NCBI GenBank assembly: GCA_012026655.1
Contig: JAAILG010001175.1
Location: forward strand, 1 to 64,000
Direction: 5' to 3'
Source: Hydrolagus affinis
Lineage: Eukaryota
Length of the DNA stretch: 64,000 nucleotides
This document shows positions 39,736 through 50,826 of the stretch, piece after piece. Both the position numbers and the translations under genes were made by a program. The first letter of the stretch is position 1. Every line of letters begins with the position of its first letter. The notes under the pieces were generated by a model. That model did not search any database and was not told where the DNA came from. It saw nothing but the letters and a program-made list of their open reading frames with translations.

Positions 39736-42094
39736 ATAATAATTATTATTATTATTGAATGGGTTTTCGCTTTGCAGTTGACTTTGTTTTATATGATTGC
39801 TGATATTTATTGATTATTACCACCAACTTTATTTGAACACAACAAAGGATGCACTGGAGTAGTAATACCTTTGGATTGACTTCAATTGTTAGGTCATTCA
39901 TCTCGTTGCTATTTGCGGTGCACATATTAGCTGCAGCTTTTGAAGTGCACTGACCCTTGTTATACAGACAAAGTATTGCATTGTATGGAGAGCTTTTGAT
40001 GTGTTTCAACACCATAAGGTGCACATCAAGTGCAAATATTATTCTAATTGTTATTATTACTATTCTAATTGTTTGTTCTTATTCGTATCATTATTAAAGT
40101 TGTGCTGCGCCCTTCAAAATGTATTAAAAGTTCTTCAATAATGTCCCCAAACATCTCCTCACCCACCACCCCTCCTCCATTACTCATCTGGAAAAAGTTC
40201 TGGAAAATTTCTTCCTGATTTCTTCGAATGATAGCAGAGTAAAAAGCCATCTATCTGCTTACACTTCCACTGTTCAGCCTGATGACTTCCCGCTGATGAC
40301 ATTTGCACAGTCCCAGCAGCTCAGGAATCATGGAGTGTTTGAACATCTGTCCACACATATTCCTTTTTCTTCAAATCCCATTTGTAAACCAAGTATTTAT
40401 CCAAACTCTATGATGTGTGTGGGTATGTTGTGCTCTGTGTGTATGTTATGCAGGTGTGTTCTGTGTGTGGGCTTTTGCATTCCGTGTGTATGTAGGTGCA
40501 TGTGTGTGACACACAGAGAAAGTGTTTGATGTATGCTCATATCCTTGAGGTTTCTTGTCTGAATTGAGGCTTATTGATTCAGCAGTTGTGCCACAGGAGA
40601 TAGCTCAGGTTAAGCAAGCAGCCACATCTCAACTGTTTTCCTCTCTGCATGTTAAAGAACTGGATTATGTCATCTCTGTTTCCTTTCTTCTGATGAAAAT
40701 GAGCTGAATATTGTGTGTCTCCCCCTCATTAACAGGAGCCCAGTGGCCCAGAATCATCCACCTGGCTCCTCTCTGAATCCTCTGCTAACCATCATTCTCT
40801 CTCTCGCTAAAAGATCTGCCCTCCTTACCAAATGGTGGGAGGGAATGGGATTGTATTGTCAAATGTTCTGGCCTTTGAATGAGACGTTAAACTGAGGTCC
40901 CACCTGCCTGTTCTTGTTAAAGATCTCATAGCACCATTTAAAAAGAGAAGGAAGGTTCTCGGAATGCCCGGCCAATGAATCCCTCAAGTCAAATTGGTCG
41001 CTCACTCCATGGCTGGTTGTGGAACATTGCTGGGCGCAACTGGGTGCCTGCATTTCACCCACAAAATACACGGCCACTCCACTTTACAGTGTGTCCTTTG
41101 AAGTGCTTTTATACTACTTGTTGTCGTGATGAGGTGCAAAATCAAATGCAAGGATTAATATCATTTACAGAGAGTATTGGACTCCAGGGCTTGGGGACCT
41201 CACAAGTGTGGATTGCTGGAGTTTAATCAACTAAAAGCTCATAGCTTGTCATGTTAGTGTAATCATGTGCAATCATGCGGTACAAAACTTTGAGACTCCA
41301 GCGCAAGTCTGAAGTGCTGGTGAAACCGGACATTATTCCTGGAAAAATGAGCACTTCATTTGTACAGTGGGAAAAGCGAGATGATGCACACTTTGAAACT
41401 TTTACATTTTGCAATGTAGGTTTCAGTACAGCAATAGTGATCCTTGATTTGTGTAGCATCTGTACTTCACAGGAAATTGCTGTCAACTGTGAAGAAACTG
41501 TATTTTTAGGCAAAAGCAGCAGACAGTTTTACATGCCACAGAGTCCTACCGACAGCCACCGAGTGAGTGACTGAGTGAGTGAGCAGTTTATTGCAAGAAT
41601 TGTTGGCTAGCACCCTGAGAGAAGTTCTCACCTTGGTCGGGAATGTGGATCATGGCGTGGTCTTGTCCGTCCTGTTCACTGTTAAAATGTTGCCCTTTAT
41701 CACATAAACTCCCTTTGGCAATACGGATTCTTGATTCTCTTCAAAGTCTTTTTTTGTTTTTGTCCGATTTTCAAAAAAAATCAAAAAGGCAGCAACAGCC
41801 GCTGTAATTTCAGCCCAGTCACTACAAAGGGTCTTGTTTTATTATTCAATGAGGCCGGACACTCTGGAGAGACATGTTTCAGTTTTCTTATTTTAAAAAA
41901 TAAGACCAGATGTTGTAACTCTTCAGTGAAATGGGGCTCCTCAGAGCAGCGGTAGCACTTTCATCCGCTCGGTGGATAGAGTCAATCTGGTGTCCGTTAT
42001 TGAAGGACTGTTCCAGTGCGCTATGATTGATTCAGCAGATATCTCACAAGCTGCTCAGTATTGGAGCAAGGCTAGACAGATAATAATACTGTAA

Positions 42095-42272
42095 CACATA
42101 CTCTCTCTTGTACACGAATACGCACACACACTTCTCTTCCTCTTGCGTGTGCATGCAAACATGTATTTTATTTTACACGTACACACACACATACAAAAAC
42201 ACTCTTACATGCACAGACATGCTCTCTTACACTCAAGTGTGTAATACACGCACGTACTGTCTCACACACACA
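42095..42272 (+). repeat. Degenerate (CA)n microsatellite
   Basis: Interrupted CA/ACAC runs. Confidence 0.7.
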
Positions 42273-44376
42273 ATTTATTAGCAGTGCTAGTGATAACTAT
42301 TATTAATAATGCACCACTTCAAGCAATGGATTAACTATTTTCTCGTTGTTTATGCTAAACCCCCTTGGTCTGCCGTTAGGATGCTGTATTTTTGCCAATA
42401 ACTGGTGGGATTATTGACAATCCAGCCTGTGACAGCATCAAAGGGATTTGCTTCTGCCGACCAGCGTGTTTGGGAGTGTGAAGGGAGCCGCAGTTTGAGC
42501 ATTCCTCGGAATTGTAACATTAATCCAAAGATAGCGCAGACCACACAGCACAGAATTCCTCCTGTGTTATTTATAAATCATCCTGTCAGTCTTAAGTGAA
42601 ACAATCAGGCATTCCATCTGCAAGACATGGATTATTCTGTAAAGAGGATAGTATTGCTGACTGGTTTAATGCCTGGCACCAGTGCTTTGAATGGGGGGGT
42701 GGGGATTTAGTTTCTGCAAGAGACAGATTGATTTTTGAAAATCAAACTAAGGTTAGAGTTTCCTTTTTCCCCAAAAGCAATAAAAAAACAACGCTTGTAC
42801 AAATGCACAAACACGCATTGTTTATAACATTTGTGTTTATAATAATGTTAAAAAACTTTGCATTTGACATAGTGCCTTATCATGTCATTGTGACATCTCA
42901 AAGCGCTTCAAAAAATATTCTGTGAAGTAGATTGACTGTGTATTTTGCGGCAGCCAAATGTGCAGCAGGGTACCACAAATACTCGAGGATTGAGTGACCA
43001 TTTGTGACCATTTTTTCTCCTGGAAAATTATCCGCCGATCAACTAATAACTGGGTTCCTGGCTGCTGCGTTTCGCCCACAAATATACAGTCAATTCACTT
43101 TACAGTATATTCTGTGAAGCACTTTGAGACATCTAGAAGATGTGAAAAGCACTATATCAAATGCAAGGATTATTATTATTACTGCTAGATGAACAGAGGC
43201 GTGTGGTCTTAATGTGATTGTTTTATCTGCCACTTTTTGTGCAAGTGCAACGTCACGTACAATGTCTACAAAGGCATTGAGTTGCTTCCTGTAACTCTCT
43301 CTCTCTCTCAAATCACTTCACGTGAATGAAGACGTCAGCTCTAATCCAGCAAAAACAGATGTTGCCAGCCACTGCTTTCTCCTCTGGGATGTTGAGCAAT
43401 ATACAACACCCTCCCACCCTCCCCGAACATCACCATTATACTACACAAAGTCAACTTATCTGCTCCCAACCAATGGTTCTTCCCAGTGAATTACATAAGT
43501 CATCCCACCCTGCCACACTCAACAGCTGGGGCTGTTGTAGAACTTTTAGTAAAGCAGAAATGGCTATCCCTTATATAACTGCTCTGCTCAAAGTGGCTGG
43601 TTATGTTATTTCTGCAAATAAGGTCTAGACCAAGGGTCTCCAACCACACGTGATCAGTAAAGCAAGAAGACGGAGTGATAGTACTGGTAGATATTTCATC
43701 CCAATTGAAAAGGCAGCTAGGTGCACAAAGTATTTCATGCATTTCAAATGCAATTATTATTATTATTCATCAGGGTATATTGCAAGATTATATCACCCTT
43801 CAGATTTATTCTACATCTCCCAAGAGCCTCTGGATGTCTTCATGGGTTACTAGTTATTTAGTACGGACATCATTATATTTATTTCCCAATGTTGCGTTTT
43901 CTGCTCTACACTGTGGTGTGTGCACAACTTGACCAAATACGGCTGCACTTGCACAGGATGTAGTGCCTTCTATCAAAGTGTTTTATGCTCTGGTGCTGAG
44001 GAATTTGAAACTCGCATTGTCCAGGCAGAGCTCCGCATTGATGGAGGTGCCATCTTTTGAGTGAGAACACAAATGGCCAAGGAGTGAGTGATTGAACCCC
44101 GTGAATGTGGCGTCCTCCTGTGGTAGCAAAGGTGTATAACATTACACCGACACCATATATTGTTCATTAACCCAGTGCATTCACACGACCACCGTAAAGC
44201 TAAACGTGGTTTGAACAGGGCTGGGAGAACTCCTGTAACACAATGTCCTTTAAGGAGAGTGAGCAAGAGCTGGATGTGAAGGTTAACTCTTGAGTGAGGT
44301 GGTCTTAATTCAACCACTTGCATGTATATTGCGCTTTTCACATAGGATGGGGTCTCGGAGAGGTTCAAACATTTGT

Positions 44377-44382
44377 TTTATT
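44377..44382 (-). terminator. Candidate polyadenylation signal AATAAA
   Basis: tttatt on the plus strand, about 500 nt 3' of the stop codon; supported by position only. Confidence 0.4.
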
Positions 44383-44881
44383 ATCAACCATTGTTAAACC
44401 ACAAATGTTACATAGCATTGTCAATTCAGACACAGGGAAACCTCGAGTATATTTTTGCAAAATACAATAAATGATTCAAACAAAAAGGGTTTTACAATTT
44501 AAAATGTGAATGAAAATCCATTTGTCCCACCTCTGGTCTTGCCGTCAATATGTGATGGAAAGCTAAGTACAAATAAAGCAGTGTCGGTCAGTAGGTTAGT
44601 TTTGCGCATCACTAATGGCAGCCCCGCTCTCTGTGGCATTTGGTGTGCCCTCGAAATGTACCCTGTAGGCATGAGAAGCACTGAAGTATTGGTGATGTCT
44701 TCTCAAGGAAGGCAGACCTCTTCCCGGTTCCTTTGGAAGTGTTGCATTGCTTTGTAATTTTCATAAATAATGCCAATCATTGCATTTGATACAGTTCCCT
44801 ATCAGGTCATTGAGACGACTCAAAGCACTTCACAGGAACTACTGTATATTCTGTATAAATCTTTGGACTGGCCTTATGCCC

Positions 44882-45288
44882 CTAATAGCCTGGCTCCACA
44901 GTCTCCACTTCGGATTCGGAGCCAGACTTTGTTTCCTTCTCCTCCGGTTTAGAATGTGCCTCCAGTACCTTCAGCTCCTCTGGTGGTTCCTCTCCCGGTT
45001 TCGAAACTTTGACGGCCTCTTTCTCGAGCTCCGTTTTCGAGTTCAGTGATGTCTCCAAGTGTAACGTGATGGAGTCTGGGCTCTCGTCACCTGCCTCGCT
45101 CGTCCCACCCTCCTTTGCTGACGCTTTTTTCTTCTTCTTCTTCTTCATTTCCACAATTTTCTTTTTCGAGTTTTCCATAAAGTCGGTCAACAGGTTGAAA
45201 AGGAGAGCCAGCCAGGCCATCCCGAAGAGAATCCAGATTGCCACCAGCCCCCGGTAAATGCTGCCGTATATCTTCTTGGGATTGACGC
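44882..45288 (-). CDS. KCNK16: KCNK16-like coding exon 5 (TM4, C-terminal tail, TAG stop; 407 nt)
   Basis: Acceptor gtaaag|GC. GVNPKKIYGSIYRGLVAIWILFGMAWLALLFNLL is the TALK TM4, with the Arg (codon 45251-45253) equivalent to the TASK-2 R224 pH sensor. Open to TAG at 44882-44884; spliced CDS 1065 nt = 354 aa plus stop. Confidence 0.92.
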
Positions 45289-45596
45289 CTTTACAATACA
45301 GATAAATACTGTTAGTTATTCAGGCAGCCAAAATAAACTTTCATTGCAGTTAGTAACAATTAATTTCACAAGCTTTCTCCTACTCTCTCCCACCTACTCT
45401 GTTCTTTATTGACTTGTTTCTAAAAGTGGGAGGACCTCGAGCTAAACTATAGTCAAGTTTCCTTACCCCCCAACATGCCTCTGTTTACCTAGCAGTAAGT
45501 AGGAACCAGGTTGTTAGTCGATTGGCGGATTTTAAGAAGCTTGACTTCCAGATAAAGATTCAATTTGAGAATTCTTTACAATCTTGCAAAATCTTA

Positions 45597-46045
45597 CAAC
45601 AACAAAAAATTGTATTTATATAGCACTTTGCACATCGGAAGGATTTCCCAGGGAACTGGAGGTTTGATTTGGGAGTGGTGGGGGCCAAGGTGGGTGGTGG
45701 TGGAGTGATGATGACAAGGGTTTGGTCAAAGATGTAAATCTTCGGACTGGCCTTTAACAAGGGGATAGAAGTAGTGAGTCAGAGGAGTTGAGTTCCAGAG
45801 AGCGGTGGCAGAAAAACTGAACGCTCACCTGTTAATGGTAGGATGGGGGAGATAAAGCAGGCTGCTGCTCAATAAGCAAAGGGAGTGGCCAGGTCAGTAG
45901 GATTGAAGGAGGCTGCAGAGGTGCAAGGTCAGGTGGGGAAAGACCTTGGAAGGATATGAAGGTGAGAATAAGGATCTTGAATTCTATCATTTGGGGCGGG
46001 TGGGGATACGCAGTGAAACCCAGCAAGGTTGGGGTGATGGTTGTG
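45597..46045 (-). mobile_element. L2 LINE 3' fragment in intron 4
   Basis: IEFKILILTFISFQGLSPPDL motif (L2 RIxFKILxLxxKxLxGLAPxYL) and a (CAA)n tail at the left end. Confidence 0.8.
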
Positions 46046-47139
46046 TCACATGGAAAAACTTTAAAATGATGTTTGGTGTTGGAATCTTCAAATGCAATGC
46101 TCAGTGAGACTTTGCATTACAAACCTACCCTTTGAGGTTATCAAAGATGACCATCTGTAGCTCAATGTACAGGAAATGCTGGCTTTTCAAGGCGTAAGAA
46201 TGTTTAACTCAAAGTGAGGCAGGTGGGTTACACCTCAGTTTGGTTGACTACCACATACTCTGTTTGCTGTACAGTCCATATGTCAACAGTTTAATTCAAC
46301 AAACCAATGAGTAATGTTCAATGTGTGGGGTCTTATCTCCTGGGAAATCAATGTAATTTAACTGAAAATACCTCACAGCTACTCACACTATTGATCTTCA
46401 TTTCCCTTAATCCCACTTCCATTACTGTTTGTGGGACACTGTTGTGTGCAATTTGGCTGCCGCATTTTGCCCACAATTATACAGTCAATTTTCCTACTCT
46501 TCTTCGTCCTGTCCCGACCCCTCTCCCCCTGCTCTTGTCCCTAATTAACTGTGCAGCTTGGGATGTCCTCTCGACGTGAATGGCACTATATAAATGCAAG
46601 TTTTGTTTGAGTCATTCATTCATTCTGCTTTTAAATCAGTGATTTAATTGGCATTGCATTTATCAAGGTGGAGCTATTTCTCTCAGTAATTGCTGCTTGC
46701 TGGACAAAGTAAATAACTGGCAGTTCTGTCCTTCATTCAGTGTGGCAATAATTGGAGTAAAGTAACTTCACCTGATTATTCTTTAGCCTCTGTCTATTAT
46801 TGATCTGGAACTCGCTGAGGGTTGTTCCTGCTAATACTGGGTTGGGTCTGAAAGCTATTCAGGAGGTCAGGAGCTATAAATGGCCTATCCCACAAAAGGG
46901 ATATCTGTGCATTTATTCTGCCCCAGTCTTTGGAATTCTATCCCAGAGTTGCTCTGAATCATTATTGTATTGAATTTAACCATATTAAAAGTGAACTCAC
47001 ACTCAAATGAGATTCTTAATACAGTAAAAGGTTTGCCCTGCATTAAATTTCCACCAAAACCCTATCACCAGGTCTTGATGTGAGGATGCAATGCTGTTAC
47101 AAAGTATTCTCCCTTTTCACATCTTTTGAATTGTGAATT

Positions 47140-47390
47140 CACACCTTCTGCTTGTCCCTCATGCCCTCCGTTTCACCATCGGTGGCTGCGCTTTCAGCCA
47201 CTATGACCATAAACTCTGGAACACTCTTCCTCTATCCCTCCTCCTTGCCCCTTCTCCATCTTCAAGTTGTGCTTGTAGACCTTCCTCTTTGACCTATTCC
47301 TTCCTACCTGTTCTGTGTCGTCCACCACTGTCAAGTGCTCTGGGACACTACCCTGCATGAGGGGTGCTATGTAAATGCAAGCTGTTTTTT
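47140..47390 (+). mobile_element. L2 LINE 3' end in intron 4, antisense to the gene
   Basis: TIGGCAFSHYDHKLWNTLPLSL motif plus GGTGCTATGTAAATGCAAG tail. Confidence 0.82.
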
Positions 47391-47411
47391 GAGAAAAAAT
47401 GTACGACTCAC

Positions 47412-47580
47412 CTACTACATAATCTCCAAACCCAATGGTGCTGAGAGTGATGAAGGAGTAGTAAATGCCCTCTCTGTAGGACCAGTCCTCCATTGTACTG
47501 AAGACCAGTGGTGGTATCAGCAGGAAGACCAGCACACCAGCCAACAGTGAGAGTGAGAACGCTAAAACTTTCACTCTTTT
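47412..47580 (-). CDS. KCNK16: KCNK16-like coding exon 4 (TM3, P2 filter TIGFG; 169 nt)
   Basis: Acceptor tttcag|AAA, donor GTA G|gtgagt. KRVKVLAF...FLLIPPLVFSTMEDWSYREGIYYSFITLSTIGFGDYVV-G. Confidence 0.96.
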
Positions 47581-47760
47581 CTGAAACCGAGAAATATAAT
47601 TGAATAGTAAAACCCATTGCGTTTGATCTAGCTCCTGAAAAGAATTTTTTCAAGTAATTGCTGCAAAAATACTGTATTTGGTTGCGTATTTTGCAGGTCA
47701 ATGCATCTGACAATCATAATGATAATTCTTACATTTGTCTTATCTAGAATCGAGAATTGT

Positions 47761-47816
47761 GTCTGAATATTTACAAGGTGATAAATATCACCTAGTGCCA
47801 TCACAACGGTGGCCAC
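47761..47816 (-). repeat. Local duplicate of the exon-2 3' end, donor and start of intron 2 (source 49227-49282), lying in intron 3
   Basis: Ungapped alignment, 49/56 identical; reads ATVVMALG versus ATVVTTIG in the source. Confidence 0.92.
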
Positions 47817-48073
47817 TAGGTGAGCTCACTAACCACTATGCTGCAGGACTCCACGGTTTGCACAGAGCAATGAAAGTCAAACAGCTATGAAATCAATGAC
47901 TAATTTTATCTGGGGGATTGTTGGTCATGGCATTCAGACATTGCATTGAATCAATGATGGAACATAGCAATGGTTCCGATATAAAATGACAATGGCCAAG
48001 ATTTGTATACATTTTGCTAACCCCAAATGTGAATTGGCTTTTTGATGCAATATTTGTAAAAATGTAAGTGTAC

Positions 48074-48240
48074 CTCCATCAAACATTTGTTGGTTAGACA
48101 CGTGCGCATTTTATCCGTGTAGGAGGATAAGTGTTTCCCAACTAGCCCCAGAGCGATCAAGTTGAGCGGGATTCCAAACAGTGCATAGAACACACAAAAG
48201 ATCTGGCCTTCAGCTGTGCTTGGGGAAAGGTTTCCATAGC
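48074..48240 (-). CDS. KCNK16: KCNK16-like coding exon 3 (P1 filter GYG, TM2; 167 nt)
   Basis: Polypyrimidine tract then ccaaag|GC, donor GAG|gtacac. GYGNLSPSTAEGQIFCVFYALFGIPLNLIALGLVG...; phases 1 and 0 fit the neighbouring exons. Confidence 0.96.
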
Positions 48241-49257
48241 CTTTGGGAGAAAAAGGAGAAGCAAATAGTAATAGCATTTAACACAGTGCCTGTACATATC
48301 AAAGTGTTTTACATTAATCCCTGTTAAGTAAGTGACTCTAGGCAAAAACGGCTGCTGATCTGCATACAGCCACAAAGTATTATGGACATGAAGGATCAAT
48401 TTATTTGGAATATTGTTGCCTGGGACCCCGGAGAAACTCTCTTCTCTTTTCGAATTGTATCCTGGGATTTTTAACATCCACCTGAGTCAACTGGACCTTG
48501 TTTTAATACCTAATTGAAATCATGGCACCTCCAATAGTACAGCGGTCCTCCAACTCTGGACTGGATAATGCGCTTTATCAAATACAAGGATTATTATTAT
48601 TATCCTGAGACTTGAACCCAGAGCCTTCTAACACAGAGGTACAAACGCTGCCAATAAACCTAGGCTGATACCAAATTGCTGCTCTTTCGTATCTCTTAAG
48701 GGTGGCCTTAATCATGTTGTACACTACAGATCTTTATTGATGATTGAGAAGGAAAATCATGCAAATAAAATTGCTATTACTCACTCAACATTTGTGTACA
48801 TACCAACTGGAATTGAACAATGAAACACTTTTACACTGACCAGAATGCAGCTCGTTATTCAATTCTTGATTTTATCTTGTGTGCTAGGTTTGTAAAATAA
48901 AAGTCCCATGATGATAGACTTTCAGTTTGGCTTTGCAGCCTAGCACATTCCAAAATAATAAGAAATCCTTTCATTTGATACAGTGCTTCATCACGTAATC
49001 AAGACATCCCAAAGCACTTTACAGGGTATGATGAAGGTGGTCTGATTGTTGAATTTTGCGGTAGTTAACTTGTGCTTAGCATTGTTTTACAAAACAATAA
49101 GCCAATAAGCAATTTCAGCTGGAGAATTGGTGACCAGTGCATGGGAAGAAACTCCCTTCTCTGATACTTGTTTGATTAGGTTAAGGGTTGGCCTTGACAA
49201 GCACATACTTTACACTACATTTCGTTGTCTGAATATTTATATTGTGATAAATCTCAC

Positions 49258-49378
49258 CTATTGTCGTCACAACGGTGGCCACAAAAAAGAAAGAGCTGCC
49301 AAAATCCCAGTTACTGTGAGCAGTCATGGAAGAATTGCCGATAGGGTTGACTCCATGTTTCAAGGCTTCAATCATGAC
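49258..49378 (-). CDS. KCNK16: KCNK16-like coding exon 2 (cap to pore helix 1; 121 nt)
   Basis: Acceptor ctgtag|GTC, donor ATA G|gtgaga. VMIEALKHGVNPIGNSSMTAHSNWDFGSSFFFVATVVTTI-G closely matches TALK-1 SNWDFGSSFFF..TVVTTIG. Confidence 0.95.
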
Positions 49379-49469
49379 CTACAGTGATAGCAAATATAAC
49401 TCATGTTATTTGAGCTCTGTACTTGCACTGCTTCTTCCCAAATCTGGATTAAAGTTGTGTTCAAATATT

Positions 49470-49750
49470 AAACATAGATTCAGAGAGCACAGAAAGATGC
49501 CATTCAGTCCATCATGTCCGTGCCCACACTTTGAAAGAGCTATCCAATTAGTCCCACTCCCCCCACTCCACTTGTTCTTCATAGCAATTTTTTTCTTTTC
49601 AATTAATTATCCAATTCCCTTTTAAAAGTTAGTATTGAATCTGCTTGCACCACTCTTTCAGGCAGTGCATTCCTGATCGTATCAACAAGCTGCATTAAAA
49701 AAAATCCTCTTCATCTCCCCTCTGGTTCTTTTTCCAATTATCTTTGATCT
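49470..49750 (-). mobile_element. CR1 LINE 3' end in intron 1, same orientation as the gene
   Basis: Homologous to 4980-5200 and 8000-8350 (GCCATTCAGTCCATCATGTCCGTGCC...CACCACTCTTTCAGGCAGTGCATTCC). Confidence 0.75.
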
Positions 49751-50551
49751 GAAGTAAATGTGGAAAAAATACATTTTTTTGTTCACTGAAACCAACACGT
49801 TTTTACACAAGCAAAATTGTTCGTTTTCATCACTAGTTGTCCCATTCTTGGTACCCAGAATTAGAAAAGGTTACCAGGCAGGATGGTTGAGGATGCTGGC
49901 CTCAATTAAAGAAATAGCTCGATATTGTATGAGCTATTGTAATTCTAAAAGAATTAGATCAAATGGATTGAAGGACCATCTTCATTCAAACAGCCTCCCC
50001 TTAAGCTTCAGTAATGTTCAATCACAAACATTCAATAGTGAACACATTTCCCTCTTAGTTTTTAAAGCTCTCCAGCTTCAAAGGTGCATTGAATAGGATC
50101 AATAAGAATGAGGTGCAGACTTGGTTATCAAAGGAAACACACAGGGCAAACACAGAAGATTGGGGAGGGGGAAGGAAGTACGCTCCCGGACTCCGAATGT
50201 ATCTTAGACGAATTGTGGACAATCTGATGCTTTATAAGAATTGTGGATGATTTGATTTCCTCCCGCAAAGTTAGCAACTTTACAGATAATGGAATTGTGA
50301 AGGCCAATTTTTTTTTGCAAAGGTATTTTACAGTCAGGATTGGGACCCTTCCTTCTCTGTTTTTTTGTTCCTCCTCTGCGGGATTCTCTCTTTGTAGCCA
50401 AAACGAAAAGTTGTTACTAGTACTTCCTAAAATCAGGGAACTTAAGATTGCTTGTTGCTTAAATAAACTTTACAAATATGAATGGTCATATTACAACTCT
50501 CCAAATAACAACACAAACACACACACACATACAGAGATCAGAATTACTTAA

Positions 50552-50752
50552 CTTCACAAACTCTTCCAACGCCTCTGCAGTGAGACAAGTATAATTTTCC
50601 AGGAAGTGGAATTTCTCTTTCCACACCACAGTCTTGGTTTTGTCTTCTTCTTGTAACTCCAGGGCCTGGAACACAGCGGCTCCGATCAGTAGGTAAGCCA
50701 GGTAGATGAGGATGAGGAGCACTGTAGTGCTGGGGCGTTGACAGAAGGACAT
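50552..50752 (-). CDS. KCNK16: K2P channel KCNK16/TALK-1-like, coding exon 1 (N-terminus, TM1, cap helix; 67 codons)
   Basis: gtcaccATG Kozak context. MSFCQRPSTTVLLILIYLAYLLIGAAVFQALE...KFHFLENYTCLTAEALEEFVK matches TALK-1 TM1 and the ENYTC cap motif. The 3' boundary is set by homology and phase 0; the donor there is non-canonical (TT). Confidence 0.9.
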
Positions 50753-50818
50753 GGTGACAGAGCGTCAGTAGCCGGACCTCATCACAGGCAAAGTCGCAGA
50801 AAGAGGAAACAGATTCTC

Positions 50819-50826
50819 CTTTTATA
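50819..50826 (-). promoter_or_regulatory. Proximal TATA box of the KCNK16-like gene
   Basis: Consensus TATAAAAG on the minus strand about 70 nt upstream of the ATG, preceded by TGCCGC. Confidence 0.6.

Noticed and set aside
44499-44730. Possible sixth exon or alternative C-terminus (ccaaag|GAACCGG acceptor at 44730, internal donor CAG|GTGACG at 45091)
   Set aside because: Poor polypyrimidine tract, no recognisable homology in any frame, and exon 5 already ends in a stop; treated as 3' UTR unless RNA data show otherwise.
44882-50752. Calling the channel gene a pseudogene because of the TT donor
   Set aside because: All five exons are open and phase-compatible and retain both filters, the cap Cys and the pH-sensor Arg; one base is not enough evidence.
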